A stretch of 64,000 bases of DNA from an uncultured Coriobacteriia bacterium (GCA_959608885.1 CAUHSG010000003.1:2276-66275), one strand, 5' to 3'. Shown: positions 8,996 through 17,847, counted from the first letter of the stretch. Translations and numbers: made by a program. The notes: generated by a model from the sequence alone, not told the origin.

Positions 8996-9958
8996 ATGAT
9001 TATCACCAAGCAGTGCGAACCCGCAGTGACCAAGGTCGTTTTGCTCAAGGGAGGCAAGAGCGGCGAACGTGAGATTTCCCTCAAGTCCGGAGCAGCCTGC
9101 GCCGAAGCCCTGCGTGGCGAAGGGTTCGAGGTTGTCGAAATCGATCCTGCCGATGATGGCGCACTGCAGCAAATCGCCGACGAGAAGCCTTCCGTCGTAT
9201 TCCTCGCGCTTCACGGCAAGTACGGAGAGGATGGCTGCATACAGGGCTTTTGCGAGCTTTTGGGTGTACCTTACACGGGCTCTGGTGTCCTGGCGAGTGC
9301 CCTTGCGATGGACAAGGAGCGCGCCAAGGTCATCTACAAGGAAGCTGGTCTCAACACCGCACCATGGGTCGTCATCCATCCCGAGGACAAGCGTGATGCC
9401 GCCTCCATCATCGAGGAGCTGGGCGAGAAGGTTGTCGTGAAGGCGGTCCACCAGGGGTCATCTCTCGGGGTCTACATCGTCGAGGGTGCCCTCGAGCTCG
9501 AAGAGGCCATTTCAGACGCGTTTACCTTCGATGACACGGTCATCGTCGAGAAGTACATCCAGGGGACCGAGACGACGGTTGCCGTACTCGGCAACAACGA
9601 GCCCGAAGCGCTTCCCGTCATCGAGATTGTTCCGCAGGGCGAAAGCACCACCTACGACTTTACGGCAAAGTACGCTGCCGGCGGCTCCAAGCACATCATT
9701 CCCGCGCGTCTCGACGATCGTGTAACGGCGGCGTGCCAGGAAATGGCATTGCGTGCCCATGCGGCACTTGGCTGCCGCGGGGTGTCGCGCACGGACATCT
9801 TTGTCGATGAACAAGGCGTATGCTGGGCAATCGAGACGAACACGCTGCCCGGCATGACCGCAACCTCGCTGCTGCCCGACACGGCGGGGACGGTTGGCAT
9901 TTCCTTCGGCGCGCTGTGTCGCATGCTCGTGGAACTTGCTCTCGAAGAGCACGCGTGA
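8996..9958 (+). CDS. ddl: D-alanine--D-alanine ligase
   Basis: From ATG at 8996 (GAGAGG RBS) the protein reads MIITKQCEPAVTKVVLLKGGKSGEREISLKSG...FLALHGKYGEDGCIQG...NTLPGMT. The ORF-track N-terminal extension from 8513 runs antisense through rlmN and is discounted. Confidence 0.92.
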   Translation: MIITKQCEPAVTKVVLLKGGKSGEREISLKSGAACAEALRGEGFEVVEIDPADDGALQQIADEKPSVVFLALHGKYGEDGCIQGFCELLGVPYTGSGVLASALAMDKERAKVIYKEAGLNTAPWVVIHPEDKRDAASIIEELGEKVVVKAVHQGSSLGVYIVEGALELEEAISDAFTFDDTVIVEKYIQGTETTVAVLGNNEPEALPVIEIVPQGESTTYDFTAKYAAGGSKHIIPARLDDRVTAACQEMALRAHAALGCRGVSRTDIFVDEQGVCWAIETNTLPGMTATSLLPDTAGTVGISFGALCRMLVELALEEHA

Positions 9959-10008
9959 GTTTGCTATACTAGCAAACCGCGTCGTAAGGGCGCGCCTAAG
10001 TACATGCG

Positions 10009-10100
10009 GAGGGATGTCCGAGTGGCTTAAGGAGCACGATTGGAAATCGTGTGTGCCGTTTAGAGCGGTACCTAGGGTTCAAATCCCTATCCCTCCGCCA
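10009..10100 (+). tRNA. tRNA-Ser (anticodon GGA), CCA encoded
   Basis: Acceptor stem GGAGGGA/TCCCTCC, D-arm GTCCGAGTGGCTTAAGGAGC, anticodon loop TTGGAAA, long variable arm, T-arm GGTTCAAATCC. Confidence 0.9.
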
Positions 10101-10113
10101 GCATGAACCCGAA

Positions 10114-10137
10114 GGGGCCGCAGTCGCGGCCCCTTTT
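10114..10137 (+). terminator. rho-independent terminator hairpin (potentially bidirectional)
   Basis: GGGGCCGC-agtc-GCGGCCCC followed by TTTT. It lies between the tRNA-Ser and the 3' end of the convergent radical SAM gene. Confidence 0.65.
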
Positions 10138-10188
10138 GACCACCCAAAAGGAGCAGCCAGCACGCGCTGGTTGTTTCTAACGTACCTT

Positions 10189-10908
10189 CTACACATTTCC
10201 CAGGAGCACGTCGTTGAGGTGCTTGCTGGCGACCCCCTGGGCTTTGTAGAGCGTTGCGAGGGGCGTTGCCGGGCAGTCTATGTAGCGATACTGCGGGAAG
10301 AAGCGCGTGAGGTGCAGTGGAATATCCGGGTCGACGCTCGCGAGCCAGGTGGCTTCCTCTTCGAGCAACTCCATGTCATCGTTGAGGCCGGGGATGAGCA
10401 GCGTCGTTACCTCGACATGGGCATCCTCGGATGCCTGTGCAATCGTGTTCTTGACCGTTTCGAGTTTGCCGCCGGCGATATCATAGACGTCTTGCGAAAA
10501 GCCCTTGAGGTCGATGTTGAAGGCATCAAGATAGGGGAGAAGTCGAGCAAGCTTATCGGGAGCAATAAGTCCATTCGTGACCACGATGTTATCGAGGCCA
10601 GCCTCGTGTATGGCCTGGGCACACTCCAGCACCTCATGCCAATGTGCGAACGGCTCGTTATAGGTATAGGCTAAGCCGATGTTCCCCTCGTCTACGAGTG
10701 CGAGCGCCCTGTCAACGAGCTCGTCGATGCTTGTCTCGCGCGTCGGGACGGCTTGTGGCTCATCGGCTTGGGCGATTGTGTGGTTCTGGCACCAGGGACA
10801 ATGCATCGTGCATCCCAAGGTGCCGACTGACAGAATCATTGAGCCGGGTTTATAGCGTGCAAGCGGTTTCTTCTCGATGGGGTCGAGTGCCAATGCCGTG
10901 ATCTTCAT
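10189..10908 (-). CDS. AmmeMemoRadiSam system radical SAM enzyme
   Basis: MKITALALDPIEKKPL N-terminus and a CTMHCPWCQN radical-SAM Cys motif. The start is moved to ATG at 10908, which has a perfect AGGAGG RBS; the ORF-track start at 10935 lies inside a repeat element. It is adjacent to the AMMECR1 fusion gene. Confidence 0.85.
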   Translation of the reverse strand: MKITALALDPIEKKPLARYKPGSMILSVGTLGCTMHCPWCQNHTIAQADEPQAVPTRETSIDELVDRALALVDEGNIGLAYTYNEPFAHWHEVLECAQAIHEAGLDNIVVTNGLIAPDKLARLLPYLDAFNIDLKGFSQDVYDIAGGKLETVKNTIAQASEDAHVEVTTLLIPGLNDDMELLEEEATWLASVDPDIPLHLTRFFPQYRYIDCPATPLATLYKAQGVASKHLNDVLLGNV

Positions 10909-10926
10909 GGGACCTCCTGCAGGCAG

Positions 10927-10957
10927 ATGAGACAAATGACCTGTCCAATTGTCTCAT
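10927..10957. repeat. type-A palindromic intergenic repeat (inverted orientation)
   Basis: atGAGACAAATGACCTGTCCAATTGTCTCat is the reverse complement of the GACAAATGGACAGGTCATTTGTC core, with one mismatch. Confidence 0.8.
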
Positions 10958-10979
10958 TACCAAATGGGACCGATAGAAA

Positions 10980-11012
10980 ATGAGGCAGTTTGGTTTGACC
11001 AAACTGCCTCAT
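10980..11012 (-). terminator. 14-bp-stem hairpin overlapping the stop of the upstream gene
   Basis: ATGAGGCAGTTTGG-tttga-CCAAACTGCCTCAT is a perfect inverted repeat. There is no clear U-tract, so the terminator function is uncertain. Confidence 0.4.
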
Positions 11013-12397
11013 GCGTGGCGGACGACCTCGAAGCGTTGGAGCGTGGTGCCGGGCTCGTCCGGCGCGATACCGGCCTTGCGGCAGGCGATACCAACTTGCT
11101 CCTCGACCGTGTCGACGCCATCGAGCATGGGTAACAGCAGGCCACGTCGCCCACCGCTGCTGACGATGACACCGTAGCGCTGCGGGTCAAGCTCGCCGGG
11201 TGAATCGATGTCCTCCGTCTCGCCAAGTACGTCGACGCTGATCTCGAGCTGATCGAGCTCGTCGGGGCGCACGGGATCGAAACGTGGATCCTCGCTGCAC
11301 GCCGAGATGCCGTTGCGGATGATCTCGTCGGCGATGCAGGACGTGACGGGGCTGATGGTGCCGATGCAACCACGTAGGCGTCCATGCTCGTGTAGGGATA
11401 CGAAGACTCCAGAGCGTTGTGCAAGCATGTCCTCGGGTAAGCCCTCGGGTCGGGGGAGGGGAGAGCGCTCGCGCACGAAGTGCTCGACGCTCGCGCGAGC
11501 CAATGCGACGTACTCGTCCTCATCCGCTCGCGACGCCTGTACGCGGGCGCGCTGCTCATCCTCGTAATGCTTGCCAAAGTGACGCGTGTCATCGTCTTCT
11601 GTCACGACGAACGAAGCGACGGCATAACCCACGCCAAAGGGACCTTCGTACGAGAGCAGGTGCGCCTCGACGCCCTGGCCGTCCAGAGCACCCGCCATGA
11701 TCTGGAACGAGCGCAGGCCGCACTCGGCGGCTTTGTCGGTGAAACTCTCGTCAAAGCTCAGCAGGCGCATGAAGTCGCCCCGTGACATGGCCTCGGTGAT
11801 TTGCTCGTCGAAGACGGGGCCTTCAGGCGCGAAGCCATACGGGCCATCATGGGTGAGCTTGTGCGAAAGGTCGCCGCTCGCGATGAGCACGGCGCGACGC
11901 CCAAGATCGTCGATGGCCCGGGTGATGAGATCGCCCAGGTGATAGTGCTCGACGGGGCCGTAGCCCGACAGTCCGATACGCACGACCTTGTAATCGCGGT
12001 AAAACTTGTTCACGAAGTAGAGTGGGATATAGGTCGCGTGGTCGATGGACGGGTCATGCTCGCCATCGGTGCCGGCGGGAAAGCCCTCAGCAGCGGCAAG
12101 CGACGCGATGCGATCGGCGAGCTCGGTGTCATAGGTACAGGCAAGGTTCGTCTCGCGCGCGCCAAAACGGTGCATGTCACCACGAGCCGACGCGCCCGGT
12201 GAGATGTGGAAGTAGTCGCGATACGCCGTTGCGTGCGGCGAGGTCACGATGATGGTCTGGGGTTCGAGCTCGGCAATCTGATACGCCACCTCGTCGTACG
12301 AATCGATGGTCGACTGGACGAGCTGTTCCTTGCCGCGGCCGACAGCCGGGATTATGAGCGGGGGATGCGGGACGATGAATGCTGCCTGGAGTGACAT
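11009..12397 (-). CDS. fusion of a class-III extradiol dioxygenase/Memo-like domain and an AMMECR1 domain (AmmeMemoRadiSam system protein A/B-like)
   Basis: The N-terminal half (FIVPHPPLIIP...SPHATAY...ASGDLSH) looks like the LigB/Memo fold. The C-terminal half carries the AMMECR1 signature (SGVFVSLHEHGRLRGCIGT). Confidence 0.85.
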   Translation of the reverse strand: MSLQAAFIVPHPPLIIPAVGRGKEQLVQSTIDSYDEVAYQIAELEPQTIIVTSPHATAYRDYFHISPGASARGDMHRFGARETNLACTYDTELADRIASLAAAEGFPAGTDGEHDPSIDHATYIPLYFVNKFYRDYKVVRIGLSGYGPVEHYHLGDLITRAIDDLGRRAVLIASGDLSHKLTHDGPYGFAPEGPVFDEQITEAMSRGDFMRLLSFDESFTDKAAECGLRSFQIMAGALDGQGVEAHLLSYEGPFGVGYAVASFVVTEDDDTRHFGKHYEDEQRARVQASRADEDEYVALARASVEHFVRERSPLPRPEGLPEDMLAQRSGVFVSLHEHGRLRGCIGTISPVTSCIADEIIRNGISACSEDPRFDPVRPDELDQLEISVDVLGETEDIDSPGELDPQRYGVIVSSGGRRGLLLPMLDGVDTVEEQVGIACRKAGIAPDEPGTTLQRFEVVRHA

Positions 12398-12476
12398 GGG
12401 TACCTCCTCGCGCGTGCTGTGGTGCGATTATCCTAGCACGCGGGCAGGGAGAAGGCGGGACAACGTGAGCAAGGAG

Positions 12477-13754
12477 TTACTTCTGCTCCTCGTCAGTGGA
12501 AGAGGCATCGTCTCCGGAAGTATCCTGCTCGTTACCCGGCGTCTTCTCGTGATGCAGCTTATCCTCGACGTCTTCTTGGGCACGCTTGATGAAGCTTGGC
12601 ATCTTGCGGCTCTTCTTCGGCTTGGGGAGCTGGAAGAGGACGCCGTCTTCGGTCGCGATCTTCTTGCCGGTGATGAGCTCGTAATACGCGATGAAGATGC
12701 CTTGCAGCGCACCGATGACGGGAATCGAGAGCAGCATGCCCGGTATGCCACCCAGGGCACTGCCGATGAGGATGGCAACGAGGATGAGTGCGGGGTAGAC
12801 ATTGACCGAGCTCTTCATGAGCTTGGGTGAGACGATGTTGCCGATGACATTGTTGATGACCATGTTGACCACGATTGAGATGATGCAGACGAGTGGCGAG
12901 ACGAAGAGCGCGATGATTGCGACGATCGCGCACGAGACCATGGGGCCGATGTAGGGCACGAAGTACAAGATGCCGCAGAGGAAGCCCAGGACCACGGAGT
13001 AGGGTATGCCGAGGATGAGGAAGCACAGCCAGCTGGCGACGCCTGTGATGAGCGTGCAGAGCAGCGTCGATTTGGCCCAGCCGTAGACCGCGGTGCCGAA
13101 GGCGTTGGTCACGACGTCAATATCGTCCTGGTACTTGTCATCCACGAGACCGCGCACCTCGCGCGAGAGGACAGGGAGGTCGAGGAGAATCCAGAACGAG
13201 CAGATGAACGAGATGAAGGTGACGAGTATGACGTTGCCCGCGCTTACGATGCCGCCCATGACGCCATTTGCCAGACCGCTGGCCAGTGCGCCCGCTTGCT
13301 GGCGAATGAAGGATGCGGCCTGCGTGAGCAGCGAGTTGATGCTCTCGCCGTCGAGGAGCTGCGTCGAGGAGCTCGTCTTGGTGACGAAGTCCTGAATCTG
13401 TGCGAGATAGGCGGGGAGCTGTTGCGTGAACGAGGTGAGCTGCGAGACGATGGCCGGAACGAGCACCATGATGCATGCGACGATGACGGCGATGATGAGC
13501 AGGAAGGCAATCGTCGTGCCCCCCCAACGCGGGATGCCATGGCGTTCGAGTCTATTGACGAAGCCATGCAGCAGGAAGACGAGCAAAGCGGTCACGATGA
13601 TGACGGCGACGGCCTGCCAGATGATGCCGGCAATGTAGAGGATGACGCCGACGAGGATGCAGAGACCGACGATGGTCCAGGTGCGAAACGCCCGCAGACG
13701 CCACTTTGACTCGATGGCCTCTTGTGATTTGGCACTGTCTTGCGGGTTGCTCAT
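12477..13754 (-). CDS. AI-2E family transporter (PerM/UPF0118)
   Basis: 425 aa with about 8 TM segments. It has a GIPGMLLSIPVIGALQGIF-type C-terminal core and an acidic, hydrophilic tail. Confidence 0.85.
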   Translation of the reverse strand: MSNPQDSAKSQEAIESKWRLRAFRTWTIVGLCILVGVILYIAGIIWQAVAVIIVTALLVFLLHGFVNRLERHGIPRWGGTTIAFLLIIAVIVACIMVLVPAIVSQLTSFTQQLPAYLAQIQDFVTKTSSSTQLLDGESINSLLTQAASFIRQQAGALASGLANGVMGGIVSAGNVILVTFISFICSFWILLDLPVLSREVRGLVDDKYQDDIDVVTNAFGTAVYGWAKSTLLCTLITGVASWLCFLILGIPYSVVLGFLCGILYFVPYIGPMVSCAIVAIIALFVSPLVCIISIVVNMVINNVIGNIVSPKLMKSSVNVYPALILVAILIGSALGGIPGMLLSIPVIGALQGIFIAYYELITGKKIATEDGVLFQLPKPKKSRKMPSFIKRAQEDVEDKLHHEKTPGNEQDTSGDDASSTDEEQK

Positions 13755-13780
13755 GGTGACTTCTTACTGCGAGAAAGATC

Positions 13781-13873
13781 TGGCGGAGGAGGAGGGATTC
13801 GAACCCTCGTACCCGGGGTTACCGGGTAAACGGTTTTCGAGACCGCCGCATTCAACCACTCTGCCACCCCTCC
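13781..13873 (-). tRNA. tRNA-Ser (anticodon CGA), CCA encoded
   Basis: The reverse strand reads GGAGGGGTGGCAGAGTGGTTGAATGC...GGTCTCGAAAACC...GGTTCGAATCCCTCCTCCTCCGCCA. It has a long variable arm and an acceptor stem with one G-U pair. Confidence 0.9.
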
Positions 13874-14030
13874 GCTGAGGCCCCGTGTGGGTGCGGGGGT
13901 GATTATAGCGCAAGACTTCGTGAGCTGCCCGAAAATTGCAAGGTTGGCTCTCATCGCGCCAAAACGTATACTTTCGTTGAATGGAAACGACGGAAATGCC
14001 CATATCATGGCGTTCGCACAAGGAGAAGCA

Positions 14031-14564
14031 ATGACAGACCAGGAAAATCTCGAGATGGATGACATTCTCGAGCGCATCACCTTCTATTGCCTCGATACGG
14101 CCCAGACTAAGCTCGAGGCCGGCGAGGAGCTCACTCCGTTCACGGTCATCGTCGACGGTGACCAGATGTTCGAGGAGAACTTTCCCGGTGACGACGTGGT
14201 GAGCTGTCGGCATGCCGCGGAGTCCAACGTCAAGTCCTCGAGCGCGTTTTCGACGCACTACGCGTTTTGCTACGACGGCTTCCTCATGACCGACGACGGC
14301 CAGCTCGACGCCATCATCGTCGAATGTGCCACGACCGAGATGGAGAAGGCCTATGTCATCGCCCGTCTTTACAAGCAGGAGGGAGATGCGCTCGTTGTCG
14401 ACGAGACGCCTGCCTACGTGGATGATGTCGACACGTTCTATGATCTGGCGGCCGTGCGTGCGGCCAAGGCCCGCGCCGAGGTGCTCGCCAAGGATGGCGA
14501 TGAGATGAAGGAGATCCAGCAGCGTATCCAGAACATTCTTGCCGGAGATAAGTCCAAGGAATAG
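14031..14564 (+). CDS. hypothetical cytoplasmic protein
   Basis: ATG at 14031 is preceded by AGGAGA. The composition looks natural and acidic. I recognise no motif. The opposing 333-aa ORF overlaps the tRNA and looks like an antisense shadow. Confidence 0.6.
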   Translation: MTDQENLEMDDILERITFYCLDTAQTKLEAGEELTPFTVIVDGDQMFEENFPGDDVVSCRHAAESNVKSSSAFSTHYAFCYDGFLMTDDGQLDAIIVECATTEMEKAYVIARLYKQEGDALVVDETPAYVDDVDTFYDLAAVRAAKARAEVLAKDGDEMKEIQQRIQNILAGDKSKE

Positions 14565-14591
14565 CCGGTAGAGCAGACGGCGGGTGCGTAC

Positions 14592-15614
14592 ATGAAGACG
14601 ATCAACACATACATGGACCGTGCGTGGAACGACCTTGCCACCGATGATGACTGGTGGAAGGCGACGCTCGTTCTCGGCTTCATGAATTGCGTGCCCATCA
14701 TCGGCCAGATCATCATGTTCGGCTACTTGTTCGATTGGGCGAAGGAGGCCGCCTGGGGCATGCATACGCCGCTGTCACGCAAGTTGGGCGACCTGGGGCG
14801 TTGCACCCGATACGGATTCATCGCCATATGGGTTATGCTCATCTGGATTGCCCCCGTCGTCATCGTGGGCCTCCTGCTGGGCTTCATTCCGGTTGCCGGG
14901 CCCATCCTACGTTTCCTCGTCGAGCTGTTCGCGGTGTTTGTCGCCGCTCTGGCGGCGGCGGGTGCGTTTCGCAGCATCATCTACGAGCGTGTTATGCCGG
15001 GCCTGCAGATCGGGCGTGTCTTCGGGATGTTCCGCCGTGATCCAGGTGGGTTCGGCCAGACCTTCTGCGTCATCATGCTGGTGATTCCGCTGCTCGCGGC
15101 GGCGCTCTTCATCGTACTGCTGCCGACTCTTCCCCTCATCGACGTTATCGCGTCGATGGCCTCGACGAGGGTGCTCGGTACCGACCTTGTACCGCTGGCG
15201 CTGTGGGGCGTGGTCACCATCGTGGTCTCGCTCATTGTGTGGATTGCCGGAGCAATCGTAAGCGCGTTCATCTCCGCGCTCTACATGCGCTCCCTGGGTT
15301 ATTGGATGGAGCAGTTCAAGCCTGGTACTTGGCGTTCGCCATCCGCGACGATGCCATTCGAGGTCGAGGTGGCTGCCGAGAAAGAGGCTAAGCGCGAGGC
15401 GAAGAAGGCCGCGAAGGCCGCCAAGAAAAGGAACGCGAAGCCCGAGGCTCCGGCAGACGAGTCGGTCGAAGATGCCGAGCAGCAGGTCGAGACACAGGTC
15501 GAAGTCGCCGACTGCATCGAGGCGGTGGACTCGGACGACGAGCCTGAGGCGCCTGCGCAGGTCGAAACCGTCGAGGATGAGTCCACGGCAAAAGACGATA
15601 CCGGCCGGGAGTAA
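14592..15614 (+). CDS. multi-TM membrane protein (DUF4013-like) with a Lys/Ala/Glu-rich and acidic C-terminal tail
   Basis: The N-terminus WWKATLVLGFMNCVPIIGQIIMFGYLFDW resembles the DUF4013 family. Several hydrophobic segments follow. The tail reads AAEKEAKREAKKAAKAAKKRNAK and then runs of D/E. Confidence 0.65.
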   Translation: MKTINTYMDRAWNDLATDDDWWKATLVLGFMNCVPIIGQIIMFGYLFDWAKEAAWGMHTPLSRKLGDLGRCTRYGFIAIWVMLIWIAPVVIVGLLLGFIPVAGPILRFLVELFAVFVAALAAAGAFRSIIYERVMPGLQIGRVFGMFRRDPGGFGQTFCVIMLVIPLLAAALFIVLLPTLPLIDVIASMASTRVLGTDLVPLALWGVVTIVVSLIVWIAGAIVSAFISALYMRSLGYWMEQFKPGTWRSPSATMPFEVEVAAEKEAKREAKKAAKAAKKRNAKPEAPADESVEDAEQQVETQVEVADCIEAVDSDDEPEAPAQVETVEDESTAKDDTGRE

Positions 15615-15616
15615 CG

Positions 15617-16444
15617 ATGACAATCGACATCGACTGGGCTGCTGCCTGGAGAGCCGAGCAGAAGCGCAGGAATAGTCCCGACAACGCCGAACATTGGAAC
15701 GAGCGGGCAAAGAGCTACGCGAAAGTGGCCGGCACGAGTTCATACGCGACGACGTTCATCGAGCGCGCGGAAATCGAGCCGGGAGAGACCATCCTCGACG
15801 TGGGATGCGGGTCAGGTGCGCTCGCCTTGCCGCTTGCCCAGGCTGGTCATGAGGTCTATGCGTGCGATTTCTCGCGCGGCATGCTTGACGCGCTTATGGA
15901 GCAGGCATTTCGTGATGGAGTTGCCGAGCACATACATCCCATGCTGGTCGCCTGGGATGACGACTGGGAGCATGCGGGTGTGCCCGTGTGTGACGTGGCA
16001 CTCGCGTCGCGTTCCATCGCGACGGATGATATGCAGGCAGCACTCGCCAAGCTCGATGCTCACGCCCGTCGTCGTGTGTGCATCACGTTGACAATAGGCC
16101 TTTCGCCACGCGTCGACCCCACGTTGCTCGAGGCGATTGGACGCGAGCAACCGCGGTATCCCGACTGCGTCTTCGCCTTCAACATCCTTTGGGGTATGGG
16201 GATCCGTCCCGAGCTTTCCTATATCGACAGCTCGCGCGCGAGCCGCTTCGAGAGCTTTGACGGCGCGATCGACAAGAACGTCCAGATCATGAACGCAAGT
16301 CCCGAAGAACGCGAGATGCTCGTGGCGTATGCACGGCATCATCTGCACGAAAAGCGTGACACCGACGGCGAGACATGGTGGGAGTTCGATCACCAGCGCG
16401 TCACCCCCTGGGCTTTTCTCGCGTGGAACAAACGAGAAATGTGA
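15617..16444 (+). CDS. class I SAM-dependent methyltransferase
   Basis: Motif I ILDVGCGSGALALPLAQAGHEVYACDFS. Confidence 0.85.
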   Translation: MTIDIDWAAAWRAEQKRRNSPDNAEHWNERAKSYAKVAGTSSYATTFIERAEIEPGETILDVGCGSGALALPLAQAGHEVYACDFSRGMLDALMEQAFRDGVAEHIHPMLVAWDDDWEHAGVPVCDVALASRSIATDDMQAALAKLDAHARRRVCITLTIGLSPRVDPTLLEAIGREQPRYPDCVFAFNILWGMGIRPELSYIDSSRASRFESFDGAIDKNVQIMNASPEEREMLVAYARHHLHEKRDTDGETWWEFDHQRVTPWAFLAWNKREM

Positions 16445-16478
16445 CCAGACAAAAATCGCCGGGGCACTTTTGTCTGGT
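16444..16478. repeat. single-hairpin relative of the type-B repeat
   Basis: ACCAGACAAAA-atcgccggggcac-TTTTGTCTGGT shares the CCAGACAA arm and the CGCCGGGGC core with the elements at 17627 and 27513. Confidence 0.65.
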
Positions 16479-16554
16479 TTCGCAGGCCAGAGGCCTTGCC
16501 TATCAATTCCGTTTGCCAATCGGCGGTTTTATGTCATAATGACCGAACTGTTTT

Positions 16555-16630
16555 GTCCCCATCGTCTAGCGGTTAGGACGTCGGCCCTTCAAGCCGAAGA
16601 TCGCGGGTTCGAATCCCGCTGGGGGCGCCA
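16555..16630 (+). tRNA. tRNA-Glu (anticodon UUC by position), CCA encoded
   Basis: GTCCCCATCGTCTAGCGGTTAGGAC...GGTTCGAATCCCGCTGGGGGCGCCA is a typical tRNA-Glu body. The anticodon stem is TCGGC/GCCGA and the loop is CCTTCAA, so position 33 reads C rather than the usual U. Confidence 0.82.
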
Positions 16631-16640
16631 TCGCGTTTTC

Positions 16641-16673
16641 GGGTCCGCCAGGCTGTTGAGCGGACCCTTTTTT
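16641..16673 (+). terminator. rho-independent terminator after tRNA-Glu
   Basis: GGGTCCGC-caggctgttga-GCGGACCC followed by TTTTTT. Confidence 0.78.
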
Positions 16674-16679
16674 ATGAAT

Positions 16680-16706
16680 GAGACAAATGGACAGGTCATT
16701 TGTCTC
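16680..16706. repeat. type-A palindromic intergenic repeat
   Basis: GAGACAAATGGACAGGTCATTTGTCTC. Confidence 0.85.
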
Positions 16707-16786
16707 GTTTTCGACAGGTATCGGTAGCTAATGAGACGGGCTGGTCTGACCAACTGTCCCATCCCATCTTGTCTGGGGGAGCCGTC

Positions 16787-17611
16787 ATGGAGCACATCAT
16801 CACGAAGGCCAACGTGGACGAGGCGGCAGCATTTGTGCGCGGGCGCGTGTCCGTTGACGATGGTGCGCTCGGGCTCGTGCTCGGCAGCGGCTTGGGCGGG
16901 CTCGTTGAGGCAATCGAGGACGCGACTTGCATCGAATATGCCGATGTCCCGCACATGGTGCCGTCAACCGCTCCGTTGCATACCGGACGATTTGTCATCG
17001 GCACGCTGGGCAGCCGTCAGGTCATCTGCATGCAGGGGCGTCTACACGCCTACGAGGGCAACTCGCCACAGCAGATCGCGTTTCCGATCTGCCTCATGCA
17101 TGCGCTGGGCGCCACGGAGCTCGTGGTCACGAACGCCGCCGGAGGCATCAATGCCGGATTTGACGTCGGTGACCTCATGCTCATCGAGGATCATATCAAC
17201 CTGTTGGGCGCCAACCCGCTCGCTGCGCCCGATGAACCCGAGTTGTTTCCCCGCTTCTTCGACATGACCGATGCGTACGCGCCGGCTCTACGTGAGCGTG
17301 CACTGAAAGCTGCGGCTTCCTGCGGGGTTGAGTTGAGAAGCGGCGTGTACATCGCCACCGTGGGGCCATCTTTCGAGACTCCCGCTGAGATACGCGCCTT
17401 TCGCACGCTAGGCGCCGATGCCGTGGGCATGTCGACCGTCTTCGAGGTCATCGCCGCGCGTGCGATGGGTATGGAGGTGCTCGGCATCTCGATGATTTCG
17501 AACCCCGCCGCGGGCGTGCTCGACAAGCCACTGAGCATGGAGGATGTGAACATCGCCGCTCGTGAAGCTGCGCACAAGGTCGAGAAGCTCCTCATCGCCT
17601 TCGCAGGATAA
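16787..17611 (+). CDS. purine nucleoside phosphorylase (PNP family, trimeric PunA type)
   Basis: From ATG at 16787: GLVLGSGLGGLV...VPSTAPLHTGRFVIGTLGSRQVICMQGRLHAYEG...VTNAAGGIN...GMSTVFEVIAARAMG. Confidence 0.9.
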   Translation: MEHIITKANVDEAAAFVRGRVSVDDGALGLVLGSGLGGLVEAIEDATCIEYADVPHMVPSTAPLHTGRFVIGTLGSRQVICMQGRLHAYEGNSPQQIAFPICLMHALGATELVVTNAAGGINAGFDVGDLMLIEDHINLLGANPLAAPDEPELFPRFFDMTDAYAPALRERALKAAASCGVELRSGVYIATVGPSFETPAEIRAFRTLGADAVGMSTVFEVIAARAMGMEVLGISMISNPAAGVLDKPLSMEDVNIAAREAAHKVEKLLIAFAG

Positions 17612-17626
17612 GACAAAAGACGCCGG

Positions 17627-17716
17627 GCCAGACAAAAGCCGCCGGGGCGGAATTGTCTGGTCACGTGACAGGCGTCTCATAACCAGACAATTCCGCCCCG
17701 GCGGCTTTTGTCTGGC
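17627..17716. repeat. type-B ~90-nt nested inverted-repeat element (REP/MITE-like)
   Basis: GCCAGACAAAAGCCGCCGGGGCGGAATTGTCTGGT, then cacgtgacaggcgtctcata, then ACCAGACAATTCCGCCCCGGCGGCTTTTGTCTGGC. The 35-nt arms are perfectly complementary. A partial arm (agacaaaagacgccgggcc) lies just upstream. Confidence 0.85.
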
Positions 17717-17847
17717 TTCACATCCACAGTTCGGAAACGAAACAACCACGCGCCGTCCAAGTTTCTTGTGGAGGGTCGGACGACCGGTTATGGTTACTAC
17801 GGTAAGTTGTCTATAATGAAGCCAAGCCTTTCGAAGGGAGGTGCGCA

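Noticed and set aside
9960-10190. tRNA-Ser genes (here and at 13781-13873) as integration sites for a genomic island or prophage.
   Set aside because: No integrase, direct repeat of the tRNA 3' end, or phage-like genes flank either tRNA. The neighbouring genes are ordinary housekeeping genes with uniform composition.
13764-14765. 333-aa minus-strand ORF opposite the 14031-14564 hypothetical gene.
   Set aside because: It overlaps the tRNA-Ser gene and the start of the DUF4013-like gene, has shadow-ORF composition and lacks an RBS. The plus-strand ORF has an AGGAGA RBS and natural composition.
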